Made by a program: the position numbers and the translations under genes. A DNA stretch of 64,000 bases, from the IMG/VR virus record IMGVR_UViG_3300027805_000008, positions 27,330 to 91,329 of that record, one strand, 5' to 3'. Below are positions 1 through 9,687 of this stretch, one piece after another. Every line of letters begins with the position of its first letter. Positions within the stretch are counted from its first letter, which is position 1. This stretch comes from a virus. The notes below the pieces were generated by a model that was given only the letters and a program-made list of their open reading frames with translations, was not told where the DNA came from and did not search any database.

Positions 1-398
1 TCTATGATCCAGTTACTAGCACTAAGTATGCCTGGAATGGGTCTGGAACGGTCTCTAAGGCCTCTATAAGCAAAGTTTACGTCAATGGGGTAGACAAGAC
101 CTCACAGACAAATATAAGCAATTTCCTGGTGGCTGGAGAGCCTCATCATATAGTACTAGTTTTATCTTCTTCTGTTTCTGGCAACATTCAGTTTAATTAT
201 GAAACTTCAGGAGGACCAGATAATTTATACAACAATATAGGAATATATAATAGGACTCTCACTCAAGCCGACGTAGATACCCACTTTGACCTATATTGTG
301 GAAGACCTGCTTCTACAACCACTGATCCAGTAATTGACCTGACAGAATTGTCTCCAATATATTATGATAATGACTGGATTGTGTTACAAAGTACGTAA
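1..398 (+). CDS. 5'-truncated probable virion protein (beta-rich, LamG-like C-terminus)
   Basis: Frame is open from nt 3 (YDPVTSTKYAWNGSG...KVYVNGVD...HHIVLV...NIGIYNRTLT), extending the 129..398 ORF; YVNG and IYNRTL resemble LamG/ConA-like motifs. Confidence 0.55.
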   Translation, partial: YDPVTSTKYAWNGSGTVSKASISKVYVNGVDKTSQTNISNFLVAGEPHHIVLVLSSSVSGNIQFNYETSGGPDNLYNNIGIYNRTLTQADVDTHFDLYCGRPASTTTDPVIDLTELSPIYYDNDWIVLQST

Positions 399-424
399 TT
401 CTGTCAATTTGGGTGACAAAAAGC

Positions 425-453
425 TGGACTTAAACCATAAAGAATGGTAAAAT
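425..453 (+). promoter_or_regulatory. SigA-type promoter, near-leaderless
   Basis: TGGACT-17-TAAAAT with extended TG; ATG at 462 lies 8 nt downstream. Confidence 0.6.
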
Positions 454-461
454 TAAACTCT

Positions 462-806
462 ATGGACATTAACAAAATAAATACAAAGGTGTTAGATGAA
501 GAATCTACCCTAGGCATATATGTCTGGGAAATGCCCGATGGTAGGTGGATTGGAGACGATGATGGAAACTTTCTTTCAGTCACGTCGAAAAAAGGAAATA
601 GATCCAGAGTCGATGCTTTGGCTAGAGAGGTTCGCTCATACGGTATTTATGAGGGGCAGCCTAAATTCCTTTCTGCCAGACGCAAAATCACAGATGAAGA
701 GTTTGCAGAACAAGAACAAAGACTTAAGTGGGGACTAGTTCCAGATCCTTTGGATATTGGAAACTATAAAGACGAAATTAAAAATTTGAGGGCTCAGGGA
801 CAATAA
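462..806 (+). CDS. hypothetical protein upstream of portal
   Basis: ORF coupled to portal (TAATG); start placed at 462 from promoter position. Confidence 0.7.
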   Translation: MDINKINTKVLDEESTLGIYVWEMPDGRWIGDDDGNFLSVTSKKGNRSRVDALAREVRSYGIYEGQPKFLSARRKITDEEFAEQEQRLKWGLVPDPLDIGNYKDEIKNLRAQGQ

Positions 807-2389
807 TGATTAGATACGAAGAAGATAATGATTCTCAAGATATAGCAATATCTAATGTTGCAGACTGGATGAAGTTTAATACTCCAATGCAATCTACAAG
901 CAATGATCCATTTAAAATTGAAGGCGAAGAGATAGCAAAGGTATCTGGCCTCGGCGCATCATTTAGAAGAAAAATGAATCGTGATCTTCAAAAGAGATTC
1001 CAGGGAATCGAAGGAACAGAGACTCAGCAGAACTTACTTGCACAAGCAATTACTGGATATGCAATGTTTGATCTTATCGAGCCTCCATATAATTTAGATT
1101 ATCTTTCAACTATTTATGAAATTTCACCATACAACTATGCAGCAATTAATGCAAAGGTTTCAAATATTGTTGGCCTAGGCCACGATTTTGTTGAGACAAG
1201 AAAAACACAAGAAGCATTTGATAATATAACAGATGATAAATCACTAGATCGTGCACGTAGAAAATTAAATAGACTTCGTCAAGATTTATATGATTGGCTA
1301 GAAGAGTGCAATGAAGAGGAAACGTTTACAGAAACATTGATTAAAGCCTATACAGATGTAGAGGCAACAGGAAATGGCTATATTGAAATAGGCAGAACAT
1401 CAGCTGGAAAGATTGGCTATATCGGACATATACCAGCAAAGACAATGCGTGTTCGCCGCCTTCGTGATGGATTTATTCAATTGCTATACGGTAAGGCTGT
1501 ATTTTTCCGTAACTTTGGAGATCAAGAAACAGAGAATCCAATTGCAGGCGGACTAGATAGACCAAATGAAATTATTCACCTTAAGAAGTACACCCCAACG
1601 AATAACTATTACGGAATCCCAGATATCGTTGCTTCATCAAACGCTATGGCTGGTAACGAGTTTGCTGGCAAGTATAACCTTGACTATTTTGAAAATAAGG
1701 CTGTCCCTAGATATATTATTACAGTAAAGGGAGCAAAGCTTTCTACAGAGTCAGAGCGCAAATTGCTTGAATTTTTTCAGGTTGGCCTAAGAGGTAAGAA
1801 TCACAGATCTTTATATATTCCACTTCCACCAGATTCACCAGACTCAAAGGTTGAGTTTAAGATGGAGCCAATTGAGGCAGGAACTCAAGAGTCTTCATTT
1901 AACGTATATCGTAAATCTAATAGAGACGAAATTCTTTTATCTCATCGTGTCCCAATTAATAAAATCGGAACTCCTGAAGGAGTTAATTTGGCAGTGGCAA
2001 GAGATGCAGATAAAACATTTAGAGAGCAAGTTTGTCGTCCAGCTCAAATGAATTTAGAGAAAAAATTGAATAAAATTATTGAAGAAATGACAGATGCCCT
2101 TCTTCTTAAATTTAATGAGCTTACTTTGACCGACGAGGATACTCGCTCAAAAATTGATGAAAGATATTTAAGAATGCAGGTACTTACCCCTAATGAGGTT
2201 AGAATTAGAATGGGAATGGTTCCTCTAGATGGTGGAGATAAAGTTGTTGAATTGAAGCCACAGCAGCAAGCAGAGGTTAGGGCACAGGCAGGAAAAACCA
2301 GAAATAGAGACTCCGAAAGGTCTGCAAATTCACCAGATATTTCAGGGGAGGGTAGAAATACCCAAGGCGACGGAAGGCAAGTCGACTAG
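806..2389 (+). CDS. portal protein
   Basis: 527 aa; TGNGYIE, EIIHLK, YYGIP, FENKAVP, LTPNEVR..GM.PL..GD motifs of HK97/PBSX-type portals; precedes protease and capsid. Confidence 0.92.
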   Translation: MIRYEEDNDSQDIAISNVADWMKFNTPMQSTSNDPFKIEGEEIAKVSGLGASFRRKMNRDLQKRFQGIEGTETQQNLLAQAITGYAMFDLIEPPYNLDYLSTIYEISPYNYAAINAKVSNIVGLGHDFVETRKTQEAFDNITDDKSLDRARRKLNRLRQDLYDWLEECNEEETFTETLIKAYTDVEATGNGYIEIGRTSAGKIGYIGHIPAKTMRVRRLRDGFIQLLYGKAVFFRNFGDQETENPIAGGLDRPNEIIHLKKYTPTNNYYGIPDIVASSNAMAGNEFAGKYNLDYFENKAVPRYIITVKGAKLSTESERKLLEFFQVGLRGKNHRSLYIPLPPDSPDSKVEFKMEPIEAGTQESSFNVYRKSNRDEILLSHRVPINKIGTPEGVNLAVARDADKTFREQVCRPAQMNLEKKLNKIIEEMTDALLLKFNELTLTDEDTRSKIDERYLRMQVLTPNEVRIRMGMVPLDGGDKVVELKPQQQAEVRAQAGKTRNRDSERSANSPDISGEGRNTQGDGRQVD

Positions 2390-2406
2390 CCCTACTCAAC
2401 CATTAT

Positions 2407-2435
2407 TTGCCTTATATACAATAACGTTATAAAAT
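2407..2435 (+). promoter_or_regulatory. promoter, leaderless
   Basis: TTGCCT-17-TAAAAT; ATG 7 nt downstream; no SD. Confidence 0.65.
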
Positions 2436-2442
2436 TAAGCAT

Positions 2443-3771
2443 ATGAATATTGAGAAATCTCTTTGGTCTTCGCATGGCGACAACATTACGTTGTCCGTGC
2501 CTTTTACCAAAGTTAACCGTGAAAAAAGAACAGTCTCAGGATTTGCAACTCTAGATAATCTTGACCAGACTGGTGACGTTGTTACTGCAGATGCAAGCAT
2601 TAAAGCGTTTGAAAATTTTCGTGGAAATATTCGTGAGATGCATGGATCAAATGCAGTTGGCAAAATGGTTTCATTTAAGCCAGAAACATTTTATGATCCT
2701 ACTACAAAAGAATTTTATAATGGAGTGTATGTTGATGCATACATCTCAAAGGGCGCACAGGATACTTGGGAAAAGATTCTTGATGGAACTTTAGCAGGAT
2801 TTTCAATTGGCGGAAAGATTATAGATTCAGAAAACGAAGTTAACAAGTCAACTGGTAAGCCAGTTAGATTTATTAAAGAATACTCATTGATGGAGCTATC
2901 AGTAGTTGATTCTCCAGCAAACGAGCTATGCAACATTTTGTCTGTTCAAAAAATGAACGGTCAGCTAGTATTTAAAGGAATGGCAACAGAAGTTGTAGCA
3001 GAAAATATTTTTTATTGTGCAGATAGCGATTCGGTATTTGTATCAACAGAATCATCATATGATTCTCCAGTTACAGGTAAGCCTGCGACACTAATTGGGT
3101 GGGTTGAATCAAACGATGTTAACAAAGCAAAAGAGATAGATAAGATTCTTGATTTACATAAAAAGTCAAGATTGTCGATGCCTGAAACACAAATTGCAAA
3201 ACAGGCAGACATAGAAGGAGGTAAAGAAGTGTCAGATAATACAGAAAACGTAGTTGCAGAAGATGCAGTAGCACCAGAAGCAGCCGTAGAAGACACAGCA
3301 GTAGATGCTCCCGTTGAGGAAGCACCAGCTGTTGAAGAAGCTCCTGCAGATGCAGTAGCAGACGCTTCTGCCGAAACTCTAGAAAAAGCAGCCGACGTAT
3401 CAGAAGTTATGGTTGATGAACCTGATTTTGCAAAGATGCTTGGCGATCTTAAAGGCTTTTTCTCAGAAACACTAAATAAGGCTTCAGAAGCAAATGCTGC
3501 TCAAGTTTCAGCTATTAAAGAAACAGTTGAAACATTTAGCAAGAGCGTTGATGGCCGTATTTCAGAATTGGCAGAACAGCATACAGCACTTTCAAAGGCT
3601 GTAGAAGATATCAAGAACACGATTGATGGCGTAGAAAAGCGTGTCGATGCAGTAGAATCAGAGACTGCAATTAAGAAGTCCTCGGACCTTGGCGGGTCTC
3701 AGGAAGTAACAATCAAAAAATCAAAGTGGAACGGTTCTTTCCTCGGTTCCGTAAATGAAATTTTTAACTAA
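2443..3771 (+). CDS. prohead protease fused to acidic/coiled-coil scaffold
   Basis: VSGFA..D..GD, REMH, GFSIGG, ELSVVDSPAN motifs of HK97-family proteases; acidic coiled-coil C-terminal half. Confidence 0.9.
   Translation: MNIEKSLWSSHGDNITLSVPFTKVNREKRTVSGFATLDNLDQTGDVVTADASIKAFENFRGNIREMHGSNAVGKMVSFKPETFYDPTTKEFYNGVYVDAYISKGAQDTWEKILDGTLAGFSIGGKIIDSENEVNKSTGKPVRFIKEYSLMELSVVDSPANELCNILSVQKMNGQLVFKGMATEVVAENIFYCADSDSVFVSTESSYDSPVTGKPATLIGWVESNDVNKAKEIDKILDLHKKSRLSMPETQIAKQADIEGGKEVSDNTENVVAEDAVAPEAAVEDTAVDAPVEEAPAVEEAPADAVADASAETLEKAADVSEVMVDEPDFAKMLGDLKGFFSETLNKASEANAAQVSAIKETVETFSKSVDGRISELAEQHTALSKAVEDIKNTIDGVEKRVDAVESETAIKKSSDLGGSQEVTIKKSKWNGSFLGSVNEIFN
3229..3771 (+). CDS. nested in-frame scaffolding protein (180 aa)
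   Basis: AAGGAGGT at 3215-3222, 6 nt before an in-frame GTG at 3229, exactly where the acidic region begins. Confidence 0.7.
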   Translation: MSDNTENVVAEDAVAPEAAVEDTAVDAPVEEAPAVEEAPADAVADASAETLEKAADVSEVMVDEPDFAKMLGDLKGFFSETLNKASEANAAQVSAIKETVETFSKSVDGRISELAEQHTALSKAVEDIKNTIDGVEKRVDAVESETAIKKSSDLGGSQEVTIKKSKWNGSFLGSVNEIFN

Positions 3772-3793
3772 AAAAGGTAGGTGAAAATATAAA

Positions 3794-4846
3794 ATGAGTA
3801 ATGAACTATTAGAAAAGACTATTGCTGCAGGTACAACTGCAACAGGTACTTTTGCTTCCACTACAGGTGGAACAGGCGTACACCGTGCATCCGAAAACGG
3901 AAACGGTGGTCTACTAAACGCAGAACAGTCAGCTCGCTTCCTAGACTACATGTTCGATGCTACCGTAATTGGTAAAGTCGCACGTACCGTCCGAATGAGA
4001 GCAGATACTACTGAGATTGATCGTATGTCAGTTGGCGAGAAGCTTATGAAGCTTGCTACTGAAGGAGACGACACAGCAGGTAACAGCGCTGTCACTTTCT
4101 CGAAGATCTCTCTTACAACAAAGAAGCTTCGTCTAGATTGGGAGCTTTCAACAGAATCTCTAGAAGATAATATTGAAGGTGCTGATCTCGAAGATCATAT
4201 TGCCAGAATGATGGCAACACAAGCAGGTAACGATATTGAAGATGTAATCCTTAATGGAAATACATCACTATCATCAGATAACCTATATAAGGCATTTGAT
4301 GGTGTTGTAAAGAAGGCTAAGGCTAACGGTCACGTTGTCGATGCTGCTGGTGCAGGAGTTTCTCGTGCTGTATTCAATTCAGCTCTTAAGGCTCTTCCAC
4401 GTAAGTACAAGCAACGTCGTGCAGACCTTCGCTTCTTGGCAGGTTCAAACCTAATCCAAGACTTCCTATATGCTAACAGCATTGGAACAAACAACACAAT
4501 TCCACAGGATATCGCTTCAAGCGTAATCCGTGGACAAGGCGTACAGCCTCTAGGTGGTCCAGCAGGTTATGTGGCTCCATTCGCATTTGGTATTCCAATT
4601 GTCGAAGTTCCACTACTTCCTGAAGCACAAGATGGCGATTACACAGGTGAGACTGGTAATCACGGAGATATCCACTTGACATTCCCAAATAACGTAGTTA
4701 TTGGTATCAAGCGTGATGTAACTGTTTACCGTTTCTTCTGGCCACGTAAGGACTCAATTGAGTACACAATGTATACTCGTGTTGGCGTCCAGATCGAGCA
4801 AGCAGACGCTTGGGTCGTTGTAAAGAACGTTAAGGTCGCTTCCTAA
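3794..4846 (+). CDS. major capsid protein (HK97 fold)
   Basis: 350 aa after the protease; GGLLNAEQS.RF, LSTESLEDNIEG, DIEDVILNG; biased codon usage; terminator follows. Confidence 0.92.
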   Translation: MSNELLEKTIAAGTTATGTFASTTGGTGVHRASENGNGGLLNAEQSARFLDYMFDATVIGKVARTVRMRADTTEIDRMSVGEKLMKLATEGDDTAGNSAVTFSKISLTTKKLRLDWELSTESLEDNIEGADLEDHIARMMATQAGNDIEDVILNGNTSLSSDNLYKAFDGVVKKAKANGHVVDAAGAGVSRAVFNSALKALPRKYKQRRADLRFLAGSNLIQDFLYANSIGTNNTIPQDIASSVIRGQGVQPLGGPAGYVAPFAFGIPIVEVPLLPEAQDGDYTGETGNHGDIHLTFPNNVVIGIKRDVTVYRFFWPRKDSIEYTMYTRVGVQIEQADAWVVVKNVKVAS

Positions 4847-4870
4847 TTACTAGGATTTAGATCCCAGAAT

Positions 4871-4907
4871 AGCCCCCTAAATTAATTTTTGGGGGGCTTT
4901 TCATTTT
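4871..4907 (+). terminator. intrinsic terminator after capsid gene
   Basis: AGCCCCC...GGGGGGCT stem followed by TTTCATTTT. Confidence 0.85.
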
Positions 4908-4953
4908 AATTTACTAATGCTATAATTGTTTAGAGTAGAAATAGGAGATTTAT

Positions 4954-5355
4954 ATGTCATTTGAGACATTAAAGGTATCTGAGTTAAAAAAGATTGCAGA
5001 AGATTTTGCAGTTGATACAGATGGGCTAAAAAATAAAGCCGATGTTATTGCGGCCCTCGCAGAAGAAGGCGTAACTTGGTCTGTATATAACAAGACCATT
5101 GAAAAGATGGAAGAAGACGCAGAAGATATGTCAGTAGAAGTCTTGCCAAAGTTTGATCCAAAGGCGGAGCAGCCAGAGAATACAGTGCTAGTTAGAATGA
5201 CTAGAGCTAATTTTAGATACGATATACTAGGATTTACATTTACAAAAGATCATCCTTTCGTAGCAATGCATAAAGATGATGCTCAAAAAATTTTTGATAA
5301 GGAGGAGGGCTTTAGATTAGCAACTCCAAAGGAAGTCCAGGAGTACTACAACTAA
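4954..5355 (+). CDS. head-associated protein with N-terminal Rho-N/HeH-like helix pair
   Basis: LKVSELKKIAEDF.V...KNKADVIAAL; SD GGAG; own TG-n-TATAAT at 4918-4926. Confidence 0.6.
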   Translation: MSFETLKVSELKKIAEDFAVDTDGLKNKADVIAALAEEGVTWSVYNKTIEKMEEDAEDMSVEVLPKFDPKAEQPENTVLVRMTRANFRYDILGFTFTKDHPFVAMHKDDAQKIFDKEEGFRLATPKEVQEYYN

Positions 5356-5369
5356 TCTACGCCTTTTAA

Positions 5370-6350
5370 ATGGCAGAGATATTAATAAATTCACAGTCCC
5401 CAATAACACATAATGTTTTTTGGAATGGGGATATAGTAGAACCAAGCTCGCTTCCAGTAGTAAAATTATTTGATGTTACTACTGATCCAGCAATTAGTCC
5501 TGCCATCAACCCTACACAAATTCTTGCAGTTCTTAATTCTATTGCAGACGAAAATAATCCTGGCTCATATATAGTATATATACCGTATTCTTATACTAGC
5601 AGAAATAGAACTTTAAGACTTCAGTGGGAATATCAGGTTAATGGTACAAACGTTGCAAGGGCAGACGAGGTTTTTGTAGTAACCCCTTATGTAGACTTTA
5701 ATCATGTTCAAGATTTGGGATTTAGCACTGACTCATCTGATCCAAATTATAAATCATATAAAGAATTGATTAAAGCAGAAAAGTATGCAAGAAAACAAAT
5801 AGAGCAGCATACTGGCCAAAAGTTTTACCTGTACGATGATGTTGCTGTAGCTTATGGACATGGCTCAGACATACTGCCACTTTCCTCAAAAATTTATCAA
5901 ATTCATGAGCTTTATGCCCAAGACATTTTGTTATTAGACAATATTAATGAAATTAATAACTGGAACTATCCAGTTGAAATTTCAGAAAGCGGATATGGAA
6001 TAAAGATTAATAGGGCTGGGCTATTAGACAATACTGTATACACTGCAAATGGGATGGTTCCTCCAAGCATTAATGATTCTTCTGGAGTATTCCAGTCTGG
6101 AGTCACATATAAAATTCAGGGAAGATTTGGCTGGGAAAAAGTTCCAGACAACGTTGAGCTTGCCGCAATAGAGCTTATGAAAGACTATTTCTCTAAGGAC
6201 ACAATGTGGAGAAATAAGTATGTCAAAACAATATCTACATTCGATTGGGATTTTGAATATACTGGAGATGCATATACTGGTACAGGAAATGCATATGCCG
6301 ACAGCCTATTGGCAGATTATGTCTTAACAACAAAAGTAGAGATTATATAA
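5370..6350 (+). CDS. head-to-tail adaptor
   Basis: Position; ARKQIEQHTGQKF and GRFGWEKVPDNVELAAIEL resemble gp6/gp15-like adaptors. Confidence 0.7.
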   Translation: MAEILINSQSPITHNVFWNGDIVEPSSLPVVKLFDVTTDPAISPAINPTQILAVLNSIADENNPGSYIVYIPYSYTSRNRTLRLQWEYQVNGTNVARADEVFVVTPYVDFNHVQDLGFSTDSSDPNYKSYKELIKAEKYARKQIEQHTGQKFYLYDDVAVAYGHGSDILPLSSKIYQIHELYAQDILLLDNINEINNWNYPVEISESGYGIKINRAGLLDNTVYTANGMVPPSINDSSGVFQSGVTYKIQGRFGWEKVPDNVELAAIELMKDYFSKDTMWRNKYVKTISTFDWDFEYTGDAYTGTGNAYADSLLADYVLTTKVEII

Positions 6351-6778
6351 TGAATAGCATCGTAGACTCTGTCTTGTCTATGAATTTAGATGTTTATAGG
6401 CAATATGAAATTCAAGATCCAGATACTGGTGCAATCGTAAGAGAATGGAATTACTATAAAACTATTCCATGTCATGCCAAAGGAGTTATTAGCAATTCAG
6501 CTACAACTCGTTCTAGCGACAAGCAAATATTTTCAAATAAATATTTAAATGATCAAATTATTCAAGTAAGAACTGCAGAAAAATTAACAGCAAGAGAAAA
6601 AGTAACAAATATAAGAGATGTTGAAGGAAACACTATTTGGAATGAAATTAATTATCCAAATGAAACTCCTACAGTATTTGAGGTAATGGGAACTACACCA
6701 ATTACAGACCCATTTGGCCGTGTTATAGCCTATAACTCATCAATGAAGAGATCGGAGAACCAGCAAATTGGACAATAG
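6350..6778 (+). CDS. head closure/stopper protein
   Basis: Position, size, beta-rich; DVYRQ...DPDTGAIVREW. Confidence 0.6.
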   Translation: MNSIVDSVLSMNLDVYRQYEIQDPDTGAIVREWNYYKTIPCHAKGVISNSATTRSSDKQIFSNKYLNDQIIQVRTAEKLTAREKVTNIRDVEGNTIWNEINYPNETPTVFEVMGTTPITDPFGRVIAYNSSMKRSENQQIGQ

Positions 6779-7550
6779 CGGATTACTGGTTCAAGCATCA
6801 AGCGGACTCGAAAGAATGATGTATGCAAATCAAAATGGGCCACTGAAGGATAGCACTGTATCTCAAATATCCGCATTTGTGTATTATGAAGCAGCTGTAA
6901 TATCTAAGCTTACAACAAATGCTCAGTTTAAAGCAGCATTTACAAAAATTATGTTTGATCAAATAGAGTCAGATTTTGGCAACTACATAGATGCTCTGGC
7001 AAGATCAAAACCAAAATCTTTACATCATGTTTATGAATGGAAAAAGGCTGGTAATAAATCAGCAAGGCTTTTTAAATTAAATAAAGTTTCTGAAGATGGA
7101 CTCTCGTTTAAAATCAACTACACCTTGCTACCATCAAAATCTTTAGTACCATCAAATAATAGTAAGCGTCGTCATGTTTTTGCAAATAAAGCTGCTGTTA
7201 TGGAAGAAGGCAAGCCTTTGGTTATTAGACCTAAAAATTCAGAGCGCCTAGTTTTTGAATATGAGGGAGAGACTGTATTTATGCCTAAAGGAAAATCGGT
7301 TACAGTTAAAAGACCAGGTGGATCTGGATCAACAAATCAATTTAATTTAGCTCATTCAAGATTCTTCAGCGGTAGATTAGTTAATGAATCTATTAAGAAG
7401 TCTGGATTTCAAAGAATATTTAATTCTAGTATGACCAAAGCATTAAGAGTTCCTTCTGATATAAAGACAGTTAAGTATTCTTTTTCAGCTAATACTATTA
7501 GGTCTCAAGCAGATGCAGCTCTAGCAGCATCATTTGGAGGTGTAATGTGA
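6768..7550 (+). CDS. neck/tail completion protein
   Basis: Basic 260-aa protein between stopper and tail terminator; IRPK..ERLVF. Confidence 0.5.
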   Translation: MDNSGLLVQASSGLERMMYANQNGPLKDSTVSQISAFVYYEAAVISKLTTNAQFKAAFTKIMFDQIESDFGNYIDALARSKPKSLHHVYEWKKAGNKSARLFKLNKVSEDGLSFKINYTLLPSKSLVPSNNSKRRHVFANKAAVMEEGKPLVIRPKNSERLVFEYEGETVFMPKGKSVTVKRPGGSGSTNQFNLAHSRFFSGRLVNESIKKSGFQRIFNSSMTKALRVPSDIKTVKYSFSANTIRSQADAALAASFGGVM

Positions 7551-8059
7551 CAGCAAACTATAAACTAGACGCAATGCTTGAGCTCAGAAAGTACCTTTGG
7601 AAAGAGCTTTATACAAGAAATATTTTTGACGAGGACGATTATTGGAGCGATAATCTAAATGAAAATATAATCCCAATAATTCCAGTTCAGCAGGCTGCAG
7701 AAATGAATCAGTTCTTGAGCGGCAAGAAGCATATGGTATATGACAAGATAGGAATGTCTTATGAAGACAACTGGCTAATTTGTTGCGAGCAGGTCATGTT
7801 TACAGTATATTCAACATCTGTGGCTGATATAAATGAGATTAGAAACTATATGACAGACGAGTTTAGAAGAATGGACGAGTCTGCTAGGGATATAAATAAA
7901 TGGGTTGATCTTTCAGATAAGTTTAAATTTCATACATTATGGGTTGCAGACATATCCCCTACTGCCCCATCTGAAGAATTACAGGGATTCTTCTCCTCGG
8001 AAATCATACTCGAGATAAAGTATTCTAGAATTACAGACTCCCAGGGCAGGTTCCTGTAG
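7547..8059 (+). CDS. tail terminator protein
   Basis: Acidic 170 aa immediately before the tail tube gene. Confidence 0.55.
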   Translation: MTANYKLDAMLELRKYLWKELYTRNIFDEDDYWSDNLNENIIPIIPVQQAAEMNQFLSGKKHMVYDKIGMSYEDNWLICCEQVMFTVYSTSVADINEIRNYMTDEFRRMDESARDINKWVDLSDKFKFHTLWVADISPTAPSEELQGFFSSEIILEIKYSRITDSQGRFL

Positions 8060-8062
8060 GGT

Positions 8063-8091
8063 TTGCCTTTTTACCCTCAATGGAATACAAT
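8063..8091 (+). promoter_or_regulatory. promoter for tail tube gene
   Basis: TTGCCT-17-TACAAT; same -35 as the protease promoter. Confidence 0.6.
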
Positions 8092-8180
8092 TAGACCAAG
8101 AGGAAAGAGGCCTAGCCAGCCAGATTTAATTTTGATTTACAATTTAATAACTCAAGAATTCCAGGAGGTGGAAACACAAT

Positions 8181-8903
8181 ATGGCACAAAACGCAGGTAA
8201 TGCTAAAAACATTCTCGTAGGTGCATCTCCGTTGTTTATTTCGAATATCGATTCAACAACATCAGGATACGCAACATATGAGAACTCAGAGCCAGGTACA
8301 ACTAATGCAGGAGCATTTGCTACAGGAACATCCTATACAAATACACTTAACGCAATTGAAACTGGTACATTTTACTACAGAAACGTAGGATTTACAAACA
8401 ACGGTTTGCAAATTACATATAACCCAACATATGATTCAGTAACAGTGGATCAGCTTCTTGATACAGCTAAGCTGTTCAAGTCTGCTATGGAGGTTATGAT
8501 CGCAACTGAAATGTCAGAAGGTACACTAGAAAACGTTCTAGTTATTTTCGGTCAGCCAGACGATCCAACTAACAATACCGCAATCTCACAGAATAATACA
8601 ATTATTTCAACAGGTACAGGTACTTCAAAGAAAGACACACTAGGTATCGCAGCAGGTGCTCTTGGTATTGCACCAACAGAGCGTCAGCTCATTGCAGTTG
8701 GTCAAGCACCAACTACAGCGGGTGCTCAGACAGAGCGTGTATATTATGCACGTCGTGTTTTGTCAGTGCAGCAATCAGCTTTCACATTGGCAAGATCAGC
8801 CCCAACCACATTCCCAGTAACATTCCGTCTTCTTCCAACCGCTATGAGCGGCTACGAAGGACAAGAGTACGGTAAGATTATTGACCGTGTATTGGTAGTT
8901 TAA
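8181..8903 (+). CDS. major tail tube protein
   Basis: NILVGA, VGFTNNGL.ITY.P...VTVDQ, FPVTFRLLP; strong SD; terminator follows; precedes chaperone and tape measure. Confidence 0.85.
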   Translation: MAQNAGNAKNILVGASPLFISNIDSTTSGYATYENSEPGTTNAGAFATGTSYTNTLNAIETGTFYYRNVGFTNNGLQITYNPTYDSVTVDQLLDTAKLFKSAMEVMIATEMSEGTLENVLVIFGQPDDPTNNTAISQNNTIISTGTGTSKKDTLGIAAGALGIAPTERQLIAVGQAPTTAGAQTERVYYARRVLSVQQSAFTLARSAPTTFPVTFRLLPTAMSGYEGQEYGKIIDRVLVV

Positions 8904-8926
8904 TAATTTAATAATTATTCTACAGG

Positions 8927-8952
8927 GCCCCCAAGAAATTGGGGGCTTTTGT
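8927..8952 (+). terminator. intrinsic terminator after tail tube gene
   Basis: GCCCCCAA-GAAA-TTGGGGGC then TTTTGT. Confidence 0.88.
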
Positions 8953-9012
8953 GGTTGTGTTAGTATATAATTTTTAGTATAATGATTTAGACTAGATCCT
9001 AGGAGGATTAAA

Positions 9013-9345
9013 TTGGCAACAACAGTATATAGCGTAGAAGAGGTTCAGTTACAAAACGGTCAGACCGTAAAGCTAAAGCCTCTATCAATTAAAGAACTTC
9101 GTAAGTTCATGATAGCAATAAAGAAAACAGCAGAATCTCAAACAGAGGATGAGACATTAAACATCCTAATAGATGCATGTGCAATTGCACTAGAAAAGCA
9201 GCTACCAGAATTAGTAGCGGATAGAGAAGCGTTTGAAGATGCTATCGATGTACCAACTATGAATCGCATTCTTGAAGTTTGCGGAGGGATTAAGCTTGAC
9301 GACCCAAACCTACTAGCGGCAGCGGTTCTGGCTGGTCAGAACTAG
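9013..9345 (+). CDS. tail assembly chaperone (gpG-like)
   Basis: Between tail tube and tape measure; TTG start after AGGAGG; promoter TTGTGT-17-TATAAT at 8955-8983. Confidence 0.8.
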   Translation: MATTVYSVEEVQLQNGQTVKLKPLSIKELRKFMIAIKKTAESQTEDETLNILIDACAIALEKQLPELVADREAFEDAIDVPTMNRILEVCGGIKLDDPNLLAAAVLAGQN

Positions 9346-9677
9346 ACTTAGCCGCTTTAGAGGGTGAAATTTTTTTACTAGGACATTGGAAAAATTACGA
9401 TGATCTAGAAGAAAATTTATCAATGCCAGAGCTTATAAATACTTTACAGGCTTTAAAGAAAAAAGATCACGAAGATAAAAAGTTCTTTGCTTCTTTAAAG
9501 GGAGTAGAGATAGGTGAATACGAAGATGATAAAAAAGGAGGCCCTAGTTTCGAAGACATTCAGTTGAGAGCAGCAGGAATAGGTGCAACTAGCAACGATG
9601 TTGTTTCGCTACAAGGAAATTTCGCAGCGCAAGCTGGATTTGGAATTGGAGCGGGACTAGGATACTCTAGGGAGTAG
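9013..9677 (+). CDS. frameshifted tail assembly chaperone (gpGT-like, about 221 aa)
   Basis: C CCA AAC slippery heptamer at 9303-9309; -1 frame open (PTSGSGSGWSELDLAALEGEIFLLGHWKNY...) into the 9423..9677 ORF. Confidence 0.85.
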
Positions 9678-9687
9678 TTTGATATAA

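Noticed and set aside
9423-9677. Independent 84-aa gene
   Set aside because: No SD; better explained as the -1 frameshift extension of the chaperone
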